Positions 12,031 to 24,024 of a stretch of 64,000 nucleotides of DNA are shown here, in pieces. The stretch is from Lepidodermella squamata (lineage: Eukaryota; Animalia; Gastrotricha), in NCBI GenBank assembly GCA_047495785.1, contig JBLDXI010000031.1, positions 806,001 to 870,000 on the forward strand, written 5' to 3'. The notes beneath the pieces were generated by a model, which was given only the letters and a program-made list of their open reading frames with translations, did no database searches and was not told the origin of the DNA. Each line of letters starts with the position of its first letter. Position 1 is the first letter of the stretch. The translations under genes and the position numbers were made by a program.

Positions 12031-14534
12031 TCATAGAGTTGCATCCACTTGATGTTCTCTATCTGCCCGCAGCGTATCTCCTTTCAGCACAACAATGTTC
12101 GTATTTCCTGCAGATAGCAGCAAACAAAGCACTGCCATAGTCATTAGCCTAGCAATCGACGAATCTAGCACTATAATCAGCAAAGTGCCGCCTACGAAAA
12201 GCGTTGAAACATTGAAACATGATAGCCTACTGACAGCTAGATTCTCGGCATGAGGTAACTTGTTAACAGACCACGATTCAACTGTCGAGTCGTCAACACT
12301 CATCGACCTGCACTGACGCAGGCTGTAAGCGAGAATAATGTTGACGATGAGCAAAGCCCCGTTTAGAAGTGCAAAAATAATGATAAAAATGTCATCTTTC
12401 CGCGAATAGCAGGCGTATTCGTAAAACTCAGTGAGGGTATCCGTTTCCGGCTCATAACATGACGACCGGGACAGTGATAGGACATATCTGGGCTCTTCAG
12501 CTACAAACCAAGCAAGTAACAGAATTCCAGAGAATGCCAGAAGTGATAGAACGCAAATTTTAAAGATTTTCACCAAAGTCTCGACTTCAAACTGTGGAAG
12601 GGCAACTCTTCTGATGAGAGCCTTCAAATTTTCTTGAGATCCCCTCAAACCTCGAGTTGAAGCTGTTGTAGTGTTTACGCCTCCGGGGTAGCTATTTCTT
12701 TTCATCGGTTTGACGAGGGCGGTTCTTTGGATCAACGAAACAGTTCCTGCTCGAGTGACTGAGTGTGCATTTCCTGAATTAGTTTGAGGATTAAGGTTAA
12801 AATAACTTATAACTCTCCGCCTCCTCTTATAGTTGGCGAAGCAGAACGTCAGGTGTGATGTGTAGCCGGATTGAGCTATACTCAAGGCGGTGGCAAAAAA
12901 TATCCGTTGCAAGTAGCAAGATGAACCGTTGATTCCTAATATCTCATTCACAGGATAAGAAAAAGCGATTGCACAAAAGTTGAACAGCATTGAACTGATG
13001 AGGGATGTTGCTGGAACAATAACTGAAGCTCGTTTTCGTAAAGGTAGTATAATAAAGGCGAAATTCCTTGAACTGTTGTAAGAATGACGGAAAAAGCTGT
13101 TATTGTTTCGAAAAATTCTTCAGGGATTGCCGATATGATAATGAGCGATATTTTCCGATCTCGGGGAGGTTTTCCATTTTTAACCCAAGTTGGATAAGCT
13201 AGAACCTTTGTCAAGTAACTAGAATAATTATCAGGCGATAATCCAACTTTCAGTTCGAACGATGTCAAAACAATGCGTCCGTTCTCGGGGGTCCACTGAA
13301 CTGCAACGAAATTGTCGTACTCAAGCTCAGCTGTAGATGGTGAGTAGCGAAACCTCCCTATTCGCAACCCATTGAAATCAGCCGCGGCAGTTGATGCATT
13401 GACAACCCTCATAACAAGTTCAGCTTTCGCGGAATAATCTGATAGGGATAGATTTCCAGCTTTTAGCGTTTCCTCAGATCTATGAAGGGCTAGCACTGCT
13501 GATAGGGTAGCATCGTAGCAAAGAATTCTTTTGTCGTAGTCGGCCGGTATCGTATGGTTCAGTGCGTTGTTAAAAATGCCCTCGAATTCAGACAAATTAT
13601 GCCCGATGGATGAAACTAAATCAGAGCTTTCAGTAATAGACGACCAAGCTATCCAAAACGTAGATCTGAGCTGTTCAAATATCTCTTCTCTCTTACAGCC
13701 AGCAACATTGGGCGCCATAGCTGGTGGTTCGAAATAGGAACCGTAGAACAAAATGAATACGTGCTTCCCACCCGTCATTCCGAATTTGTAGCTTTGGCAT
13801 AGGAATTTCAAGATGAGTGGCGGAATGGTGAAATCTATTAAAATCACCCTAGTATCGGAGTCTATCAAAGATCGCATGGTTGAGTCGTCTATATCGGGGA
13901 CACAATCGAAAAACGACACCTCGAATCCGTTTTTCTCAGCTTCTTTCAGCAGGAATGTGGCCAACGTATAGTCGAAGACATTTCCAGCATTTGTCAATAT
14001 CCCGAATCGATTCCATCTGCCGATGTTCCGAATGAAGTGCAGCTTGGGGTAAGCAACTAGCTCGCCAGTGATTCTGGATCTGTACAGGTTAGGATAGAGC
14101 CGCCGATTAGCTGGTGGGAACGGAGAGCTGCAGCCTTCACTCAGCGTTACCCTGTTGAAGTGATGAATGTAACTAGCCACCGCCCTGCAGCCTCCTGAGA
14201 AGAAAGGCCCCATCATCAAAGGCGATGGAAACACGTCAGAGCTGGTGTTTAGGGTTTCAGCGTATTGGAGATACTCAGTGAGTCGTCGTGTTGCTTGCAA
14301 GCTACCACCGCCCTCATCTCTGTAGTCGGGCACTATCTTTAAGCCTGGTAAAATGTCTTCTCTCGAATTTACTTCGTTGATAACAATGTCTGAAGCAGCT
14401 TTACAAGCCAATCCAGTGCGGGGCTCATCACCTGTTAGGGGCAATAAGATGAGCATGGATAAAGTAGCATTTTTGGACAATGTAGCTGAGGTTCCGATAG
14501 CTGTTGAGATGAATAATACAGCTTGAATCTGCAT
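12031..14534 (-). CDS. GABA-B-like class C GPCR with 7 TM; single frameshift near 13065 (pseudogene or sequence error)
   Basis: ORF 14534-12948 gives the flytrap and the start of TM1; the shifted frame continues NFAFIILPLRKRASVIVPATSLISSMLFNFCAIAF and TM3-TM7 to 12031. Confidence 0.8.
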
Positions 14535-14800
14535 GTTTGATTGCTCAATGGAACTTCTAATTATGTCGAAAAGTAACCTCAGCTTTCGAAAATGGAAAAG
14601 TGATATTGAAGCTATTCCTCCCTTTTATCTCGCATTTTCTATTTCCTTCCGCCTTGCGAATAGGATACAATACAACTTTGACATATGAATCAGATGATAA
14701 ACCTTGCGGCTTTTAGACGATTAAAAAATTAACATTTCTTTATTTTCGAATTTGTCAATACATTTATTCCTTTAATAATAGCTAGTAGAGTTTTAACATT

Positions 14801-17446
14801 CTATGATAAGCTAGCTTGCCCACATCTAGCTGCGAGGTGCAATGGAGTCCAGCCGTCATCCTTCACAGCATCAACATCGGCACCGAATTCTTTGATTAGC
14901 AACTCCACATCTTCTAAATCCCCAATCTTAGCTGCACAGTGTAATGGAGTCCAGCCGGAATCATTCTTGACGTCAGCTCTAGCTCCAAAATCTCGAGCGA
15001 GCATCTTGACAATTTTCGCTTGACCACCATCAGCGGCCATGAATGATGGAGTACCGCCGTTACTGGTCGTAGCCTCAATGTCAGCCCCGAACCTTTCAAT
15101 CAGCAACTTGACTACTTCACTACGTCCTGTGAAAGCAGCCCAGTGTAGCGGAGTCCTTCCACCATTATCAGCAGCTTCAGGATTGGCTGCGAACTCTCGA
15201 GCTAGGACATTTTTTACAACCTCTAAACGACCCTCACTTGCCGCATAGTGCAGTGGAGTCCAGCCCTCATTATCCGCAGCATTGGCGTTTAGACCGAAGC
15301 CTCCAATCAGCAGCTTAACAATTTCGGTATGACCCATCTCAGCAGCTCTATGTAACGGATTTACTCCACCATCGGTCACAGCGTCAGGTTTAGCACCGAA
15401 ATCTCGAATAAGCAGCTTCACCACTTCAACAAGACCACCTGTTGCTGCTGAGTGCAAAATAGTCCATCCATAGAAGTTAATGGCGTCAGGTTTTGCGCCG
15501 AATTCTCGAATTAGAAGGTGCACAACTTCTTCATGGGCATTTACGGCTGCCAGGTGCAGTGCTGTCAAGCCATCATTGTTCGCCGTGTCGACTTTGGAAT
15601 CAAACTCTCCTATCAGGAGCTTGACAGTTGATGAATGACCGCCTTTGGCTGCATAATGCAATGGAGACCATCCGTCATTATCCTTAGCTTCAGCTTTAGC
15701 ACCAAACTCTCGAATTAGCAACTCGGCGGCTTCTGTATGTCCACCTACTGCAGCGTAGTGCAATGCAGTCAAGCCATTATAGTTTTTAGCGTCAGCCCTA
15801 GCACTAAACTCTTGGATCAGTACTTTTATAACGGCTGAGTGACCCTCTTTAGCGGCGTAGTGCAAGGGTGTCTCCTCAGTTTCCGAGGCAACATTCTGAG
15901 GAGACTGAGGAGAGGCAGCCATCTTCTGAAGAGTTACTGGAGAAGGCAGCTTGGCCAGAGGAGAAACCACCTGTCGGGAGAGAAGAAGTAATCTGGATCT
16001 TTCCACGCAGTAGGTGAACTCCGTTAATCGATATTTTTCTGCCGTTTTAGGTCACTCAAAGGGATAGCCCCTATTACGGAGATCTTCTCAACTCTCATTG
16101 TGAAGTTGGGGACCTTCCAGGTTCAATGCTTCTGCTGAAACGCTGCAAGATGAACACAGCGAGCAGAGATGGAAGGACACCGTTGCATTTTGCTGCTGCT
16201 GGTGGTAACATTGAAATCGTCAAAATTCTCATCAATGAATATCATCAATGAAAATTCTCAGAATTTTGACGATTTCAATGTTACCACCAGCAGCAGCAAA
16301 ATGCAACGGTGTCCTTCCATCTCTGCTCGCTGTGTTCATCTTGCAGCGTTTCAGCAGAAGCATTGAACCTGGAAGGTCCCCAACTTCACAATGAGAGTTG
16401 AGAAGATCTCCGTAATAGGGGCTATCCCTTTGAGTGACCTAAAACGGCAGAAAAATATCGATTAACGGAGTTCACCTACTGCGTGGAAAGATCCAGATTA
16501 CTTCTTCTCTCCCGACAGGTGGTTTCTCCTCTGGCCAAGCTGCCTTCTCCAGTAACTCTTCAGAAGATGGCTGCCTACCCGATTCACTGTCGAGTAACCC
16601 ATCTGGGCAACCCGCCAGCCATTTGACGAATTCTATGCATTTTTGAGAATATCCACCGGATTCACCATGACGTCTATTTGAAATAAATCTTAAGAATGCG
16701 TGTTTCACCAGGACTTCCGTTGAATTTTACAAAATCGTTCTCCACTCCGCGATTCCTGGTGTAATCGATTCATTAAGCATCAGCCCTAGTCCGCCCAATT
16801 TCAACCATTTTCTATCTTCGCTGATATAAATGTTTCGCGGTGTGATGTCTCGGTGGACAATGCCCTTTATATGAAGGTAATTGACCGCAAGTAGAAGCTG
16901 GTTCACCCACTCGGAAAATTGCGACTCTGGTATGTTAGCTGATGTGTCCGGGTTGAGAATGTAGCTCTCAAGAGTTCCCCAGGCGCAATGCTCCATTACC
17001 ACATATAACATTTCGCAATCTTGATTGGCAGGATTCATTCCTTTGTAACATTCTAGCCAGGTAAAAAAAGTTGAACGAAATGCTGGTGAAAATCCACAAT
17101 CTCCTTACCTTTGAATTCTCCAAAAATGCGAACAATGAGTGGGTGATTCATTTTGATCAACTTGTCACGCTTGAAAATTATTGACAATGAAAATTTTGAA
17201 AAATTCGATAGAATTTACATCTCTTAATCTCGTTTCAACGAGTAGCTCCACATGTCTATTTTGATTGCATCGCTCATCGGCTTTTAGTTTTGTCAAGTTG
17301 ATTTCTTCCGCAACGTAGAGCTGAGGAGGGATAGCTCGATAACGGAAGTCTCGATGTCGAACAAGGAATGCCTCTCGGTATTCGCCAATTCGTCCCAGAC
17401 TCTCGAGTACGTTGAAATCGCAGTACGATGTAAATTCAACTGTCAT
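14801..17446 (-). pseudogene. NEK-like pseudokinase-ankyrin copy 2, lacking kinase subdomains VIII-IX and interrupted by an inverted duplication
   Basis: Exons homologous to copy 1 (YVVMEHC, HRDITPRN, KLGGLG, LLEKAAWPEE); no GTKEYMSPD/DIWSLG segment; the ankyrin exon is broken at 15913-16259; about 10 intact ankyrin repeats at 15880-14801. Confidence 0.7.
15913..16576. repeat. Long palindrome: 317-bp arms (15913-16229 / 16260-16576) with a 30-bp spacer
   Basis: Arms read as reverse complements by eye; the spacer contains locally duplicated CATCAATGAA and AAAATTCTC. Confidence 0.92.
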
Positions 17447-18625
17447 TTCTGAATGCGCCGAGGCTAGGGGAAAAACATGGTACTTGGTACCTATAATGGG
17501 CATAATATAGTAGAGTGTATACTGTATGGTATAGCCCATAGCATTGTAACTCGTCGCGCTGGGCAAATAATGACAAAGATTGATCGGCACCGGAAAATTG
17601 AATTTCCCTATCGGTTGTGAAAGGTATTCGTACGGGGAAATTTCGTTCTAATCGTCGAGAATTCGTGCGGAAAATTCTCGGAACTGTTTGTAAAAACGCA
17701 TTCTATTTCATATCGAAGTAAAGAATTCGGCGTCGAGAATTCGGCCCCGAGGTCTGAGAAAGTGTGAGGAGCAGTGCATTTTTTCTATGGCCCATGGCCC
17801 ATGGTGGAATATATGCGCAGCATTTACCAAATAATATTATACACACTTTACTATACTAATTATATTCATTATATCCGACATGATACTGCGGCATTTGTGG
17901 CATTTTATCGTAGCATTGCGGACAGCAGATACGATAGACTGATAACATATTTCTTTTACACGTCATTATTTATAAATTTACATTTTAGCAATTTGAAGTT
18001 CTAAGGCTATCGGGTTGTTATACCGTCCAAGGCGCAACTTCCTTGATTTATGTCTCATAAAAAGCCGAATAATAAAATGAATCCACGTAACTGTGATTGC
18101 GTTACGAATTGAGCCAAGATATATGGAAATCGTATACTTGGTACGGAAGCTGAATGGAATCTTACAGAATGTTCGGCATTTATTTGAATTATTAATTTTA
18201 AAAGTGGGATTCAACAAAATGAAATACAAGGAGGAAAATTCGGGAGATGCACGAGACGTAAGACAAAAAACCATTCGTCCCAATTGGATCAATAACCTTC
18301 AGTCTTCCTAAGTGATCGCAGACTAAAACTTATGACTTCTCTGCTCTCTGCCGCCAATAGAGATAATATTCTCATCAGCCTTCGTTTCGCAATCCGCCTG
18401 CAGGACGAAACCATCTACATCCGATTTCAATCATTAGTGGCCCTACCTAGTAGGTTACTCACCCACTATGCGTTAGGTTAGTATTCCGTGTTTACTCTGT
18501 AAAATGTGTTTACATAAAAACCAAACATTATTTTTTCGTTGATTTGCGAATCTTTATATGTGTCCTATCCTATCGGGTTTACAGTACTATCGATGCCCTT
18601 GAGTCTCTCCTCGTTTAATCCAAAA

Positions 18626-19849
18626 ATGATAATGGCATTTCAAATTTTCATGAATGTGCTGTTGCTGCTTCTTTTCCACTCATCTGAAGCAGAGGATCTA
18701 TCGGATAAATCAACCGTAAAAGATGTAGAGTCTGAATTTTTCAATAATCTCTTCCCGGCAGCAGGGGAACGTTACCTCCTCAATTACGTCGTTCTGAGCC
18801 GAGCATTACATGAATTGCCTATTAAACTGCTATTGACATGCTACCTGGAAAGAATAGTTACAATAGACGATTTGAGCCAAAGGTAAGTTCATGTCTACTT
18901 CATATCATCATTCCACCTGTTGCTAATTAGTTTGTCCGTATTTTCAACGTTCGTACTTATGTGGACAATGCCCGGTACTATTTGCAAGCCTTTAAACGCA
19001 ACCGAATTCGCTGGACATGAAGCGGAGGAATTGGGAATATGGTTTGGAACTGATATCAACAAATCATGGCGACCAGTTATAGATCATATCAACGCTGTAG
19101 ACACACTGCTCTTATTTTCTAACGAAAACTCTGATATTCAATATGCAGCATCAGCTGTAGAAGTTTATGGCGTTACCATGGATGCTCGCATTGTCGAAAC
19201 TAATTGCGATGGTTTCCAGCTAACCTTCTTCCCCTTCGATCGCTTGAGTTGTAGTATCAAACTTAGAACCCGGGAATTTGAAAGATACATGCACTACAAT
19301 GAGATCGAATACTATCCTAACTTCGAGACTCTCCTGGGCCCATCTGATATTTGGTCCACTTTACCCGAAGGCTTCTCTTATAACATATCCGTAGTTGATA
19401 GCTATGAAGTTTTGTCGCTTGAAATGTTATTCGAGAGAAAGGCCACGTATTACATCAACACAATTTGCATGCCAGTGATTTTGTTGATGATTCTCCAGTT
19501 GAGTTCACTCATCATGGACCCAGCTTGCCCGGATAGGGCTACTTACGGTGTTACTGTTGTTTTAGCATTTTTTGTTATCTTAGCTATGCTTTTCGCTGAT
19601 ATTCCTAAAATTTCAGATACTGTCTATCTTGCAGTCCTAGTTCAAATTCAGATTGTCATTTGTGTGCTTTTGACAGTTTATTCATCGATCGCAAATGTTA
19701 TCGCAGTGAGTGATTGGAATAAGGGGAAGCGTATGACTTTCATCAGTCCAATACGAATTATTGATTGCTGTGTTGCGGGTGGAACTTTAATCATTCTCGT
19801 CATTTTAAACTGTTATTATTTTGACAAAATGATTAACCGTAAATACTGA
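18626..19849 (+). CDS. Divergent Cys-loop (pentameric) ligand-gated ion channel subunit 1; intron 18883-18930
   Basis: Signal peptide, WRP..., Cys-loop CDGFQLTFFPFDRLSC, ERK..YY pre-M1, four TM helices, P..S..V in the M2-M3 loop. Confidence 0.9.
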
Positions 19850-20033
19850 TAACAACTGTGAAAAATGAAAGTTTTTCCGATTCAGGAATAACTAATGTAA
19901 CATTTGGAATAACTAGTTCAAAACTCAAGAAGTCCAAAATCAAACAAAAGATCAAACTTTTTATCCCGAATCGGCTTCAATTTGACAGATTGATCTGTTC
20001 TAATTGATCTAGGTCTGCATTTCAAAAACATTT

Positions 20034-20133
20034 TGCTCCAGGCGAGGCTCGAACTCGCGACCTTCGCATAACTCAGCGTACATTCAAGTACTGCTTATAA
20101 GTACGACGCACTAACCAACTATGCAACTGGAGC
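20034..20133 (-). tRNA. tRNA-Ile: tRNA-Ile(UAU) with intron, copy 2
   Basis: Reverse complement of 130-229 with one intron difference. Confidence 0.95.
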
Positions 20134-20336
20134 GGGCCAAAAACTGTTCATCCTCCTACATATCACAGAATCGATAAAGGTGGTGATTGCTAAATGGCTA
20201 TAAATACATATTTGTAATCCACTGATTGCTTAGGATATTAGCCTTTTTCCCGTTACAGCCTCGAAATCAATGAAAAACCGCCTGATGTTGAAAGAGACGT
20301 ATAACGGGGAAAAGGCAGATAAAAAATAAATAAATA

Positions 20337-20528
20337 CTGTATTTGTTCCTATAGTAAATTAGCCCGGTCTACTGTAATTTCAACCTCGAAATTTTGACAA
20401 TTTTAAATAATAATTTTCGGTGAATTGTTCACTTTTGATGTTTTCGAACCGACTTGACCCCTCAACCCTGTGCTACTATTAGGGATGGTCGATTATTAGT
20501 GAATGGGCTACTATTGGAACAAATACGG
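20337..20528. mobile_element. Tc1/mariner-type MITE
   Basis: TIRs C(T/C)GTATTTGTTCC(T/A)ATAGTA flanked by TA; a related partial copy lies at ~56718-56822. Confidence 0.7.
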
Positions 20529-21400
20529 TAATGTCTTTTCATAAGCTTTTTGCACCTTTCAACCCATTTTTGCATTCGGAGACAAATTTGGAAAAAGGTA
20601 GGAAATATCACCGGTCACCGTAATCACACTATGTACCTTAGAAGCAAAGAAAACATGTGCTTTTTCGCTCACGGCGATCCAGCTAAATTAGAGTCATGCT
20701 ATATTGTTTAGATGCTCTTTCATTACAATTACGCCAATTTACCTCCATTTTCAGGACTGGCAGGTCCGTTCTAACTGGGTTAACGATTTCTTTCGAATTT
20801 TGTTAATCATTGTTGATTAGAGAGAAAACCTTTTATTGGTATACTGTGTTATGTACAAACTATAACAATGTACAATGTACAAACTATAACATTGCCTTTG
20901 AGACACAGGATTATAAATTATTAAGTTTATAATTTGATGAGATTAATTGATGAATTAATTGCTTGATTGATTGATTAGTTAGCGTCTTTTAGTAGGTTGG
21001 CTATTTGAGTAAAGATGATTATTCAGGATCCTAATGCTGATTCCGTTAAATTTTCTCAACAATCCCATTTCACTTACGGGGCTTGTATTATGCTTGAAAA
21101 ATTATTAAAACGCATTAAAACGCTAGAATGCTAGCTGGATGATATTTAAAATCCTATTTAATGGTGATAGGACTCGTGACTGGAATCACTTTGCCCTTTA
21201 TATCAGCTAGTTAAGATGGGCAATTGAATAAATGAAGGCGATTCTTGATTACTTAATTAGGTATATAATTGGTGATTCATCCAGGTCACTTTACACCGCC
21301 CCGACGATAGAGCCTATTTCAGGGATAGACGAAATCTCGTAACGTGAAAAATCAACTTTAGAAAAATTTAATAAAAGCTGGACAAATTGCACGTCTGTTT

Positions 21401-21408
21401 ATTTGCAT
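21401..21408. promoter_or_regulatory. Octamer (POU) motif upstream of channel 2
   Basis: ATTTGCAT followed by AAAA; the same motif at a similar distance upstream of channel 3 (31069-31076). Confidence 0.4.
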
Positions 21409-21513
21409 AAAAACCGCATTTTGAATTGCAGTTGGCTAAGGTTCATGTTTGCTCAAGTTTGATCAGAAGCTTGTTCGGTTGCGATTCGGATTGAATTTTT
21501 CCGACATCTGACG

Positions 21514-22735
21514 ATGAGACTCGCTTATTTCCTAGCCTTGTACCTGGTGGTGTTTAACTGCGTACAGATATCTCATTCTGACAATTCTACGAAAACGATT
21601 GATATCGAATGGCGATTTTTCAACGAGCTATGCCCAGCAGCCCAGAAGCGCTATCTTTTGAATCATATTGCTCAAGCAGGCGCATCCCGCGAATTCCCCA
21701 TCAATTTGACGGTATTTTTTTCACCGGAAAGGATAGCTGCAATAGACGATTTGAAGCAAAGGTAAGGAAGCGCGAATTTGACGCTTGAATTTTCAGTGGC
21801 TATTACTCTCGTGAAGTCTGTCCGTATTTTCGGCGTTTGGCGTCACATGGACGATGCCACCAAGTATTTGCAAAAATGTTAATGCAACCGAGCTGGCAAC
21901 GTACGGAGGAGAGGAGCTTGAAATATGGTTCGGAAGCGATATTGGAAAATCATGGCGACCAGATTTGAATCATATCAATGCAGTAGAAACTCTGCGACTT
22001 TTTTCGAGCGACAACATTGAGGTTCAGTACACACTTAGGCTTAACGTTATATATGGGGAGTCTACAGAAACTCGAATTGTGGAAACTAATTGTGAAGGTT
22101 TCGAATTAACCTTCTTCCCCTTCGATCGCCTGAGTTGTAGTATCAAACTAAGAAGCCGGGAGAAGGAAAAATACATACATTACAATGAGGTCTACTACAT
22201 TCCAATCTATGAGACCCTTCTAGGCCCATCTGATGTATGGTCCACTTTACCCGAGGGTTTTTCAAATAGCGTCTCCATTGTTGATGGCTATGAAGAACTG
22301 TCACTTACTATGTTATTCGAGAGAAAGTCCACTTATTATATCAACGTAATTTTCATGCCTGTAATTTTGTTGATTGTTCTTCAGTTGAGTTCATTATTAA
22401 TGGACCCAGCATGCCCGGATCGCGCTACTTATGGTGTTACAGTTGTGTTATCGTTCTTTGTTATCCTAGCAATGATTTTTTCGGATATTCCTAAAACTTC
22501 CGATACTGTCTACCTAGCTACTCTTGTTCAGATACAGATCGTGATTTGCGTGCTGTTGACACTTTATTCATCGATCGCAAATATTGTTGCTGTGAGTGCT
22601 TGGAACAGGAGAAAACGCGATTTCGCTCTCAGTCCAATACGTATCATGGATTGCTGTGTTGCTGCAGCAACTACAGTTGTAATCGTCATTGTAAATTCCT
22701 ATTATTTTGGCAAAATGATTAATCGTCAGTATTAA
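21514..22735 (+). CDS. Divergent Cys-loop channel subunit 2; intron 21762-21816
   Basis: Paralogue of subunit 1, same intron position, CEGFELTFFPFDRLSC, 4 TM. Confidence 0.9.
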
Positions 22736-23875
22736 CAGTAAGCTTAGGAGGGCGGTGATCGTACATGAATAAGATTTATAACAGCATTATAATGACGTTA
22801 TAGTGCGACACAGAAAAAAAAATCTATCGTACACTTTTTATTGTTGGTGCTATATTATTGCCTATTCTGCCTATTCTGTTGCTTCAATTGCATTCTTTAC
22901 TACAGTCATTATCACCAGTTTCAGCAGATCGTTTTCGATAAACCGGTAAATCGAATCACGAGTTTCAAAATATATGATAGATTGAGGGTTATCATTCAAT
23001 TTCATCGCACACTTGTTACCTTTTAACTGGTATCTAACAGCTTTCTTAGCAGAATAAGAAGCTATATAGAAGCTGGCATTACCCCTGAGAAATATTTTTC
23101 TCCTTTGACAAATTCCACAATCATTCGATGACTTGAAATCTAGCTATTGCATCATTCGAAATGGCAGCTTTTACGAGGCACTTCAATATTATGCCAAATA
23201 AGGCGTGAGAGGGTAAATTTTTCAAGCTGGGGAAAACTCGTTTGTGATTAAAATCACAAAAGAAAGGCATCAGCATACAGGTAGTTTGTGACACGAAAAA
23301 TGCGGCTATTGGCGGATTGAAAATTGAGTTAGCTTTTGTTAGTTTTTGTATCACGATTATTTTCTTGAGAAAAATGGTAAAAACTAGCTTTCCAGATTCA
23401 ACAAACGAATTGGAACATCGTCTTGAGGCCATTGGCTATGCAGACCGCGAGGGCAGCGTTTCACCTCTGCGCGCAATGTCAAAATTTATGAATGAAGGAA
23501 ATGACCCAAATGACGTGAATAACGTAAGAGAATATTAGAACTCAAACAGCAGCAAAAAATCACAGTATTTTTTTGCTGCACATAAAACTTTATATTAGTG
23601 TTATAAGCAAAAAATAAATTTATAACAAATTTATTACTCTTTCGATCACAGCCCTCCAAGATTAATTTTTAAATAAAAACCGCAGATCTCATTTTTTCGA
23701 AAATGATGAAAAAAGTCTCAAAGGCAAAAAGAGTAATGGCAAGAACCGCAAAAGAGAATGAACTCTTTGCAAGGTTCAGATGCACTTTCCTAGCTCAGGC
23801 ACCTAAACGCGCTTCTACACTGAACTCTGAAACTCACTAGGAAAATGACGTCTTATCAAATTGTTCATAAAAATT

Positions 23876-23975
23876 TGCTCCAGGCGAGGCTCGAACTCGC
23901 GACCTTCGCATAACTCAGCGTACATTCGAGTACTGCTTATAAGTACGACGCACTAACCAACTATGCAACTGGAGC
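23876..23975 (-). tRNA. tRNA-Ile: tRNA-Ile(UAU) with intron, copy 3
   Basis: Reverse complement of 130-229; differences only in the intron. Confidence 0.95.
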
Positions 23976-24024
23976 GGATGAAATTCATAGAATCAAAAGA
24001 CTTGTATGTGCATACCAATTTTTA

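Noticed and set aside
15880-16006. N-terminus MERSRLLLLS... of the 401-aa ankyrin ORF
   Set aside because: It is the antisense read of the palindrome arm, not a genuine start.
5466-17446. Four same-strand genes with short gaps (two of ~270 bp), suggesting an operon
   Set aside because: Gaps are similarly short between opposite-strand genes; no trans-splicing evidence from sequence alone.
20832-20915. Similarity to 62147-62210 (AACATTGCCTT..AGACACAGGATTAT)
   Set aside because: Probably the end of a dispersed repeat, but boundaries and class cannot be determined.
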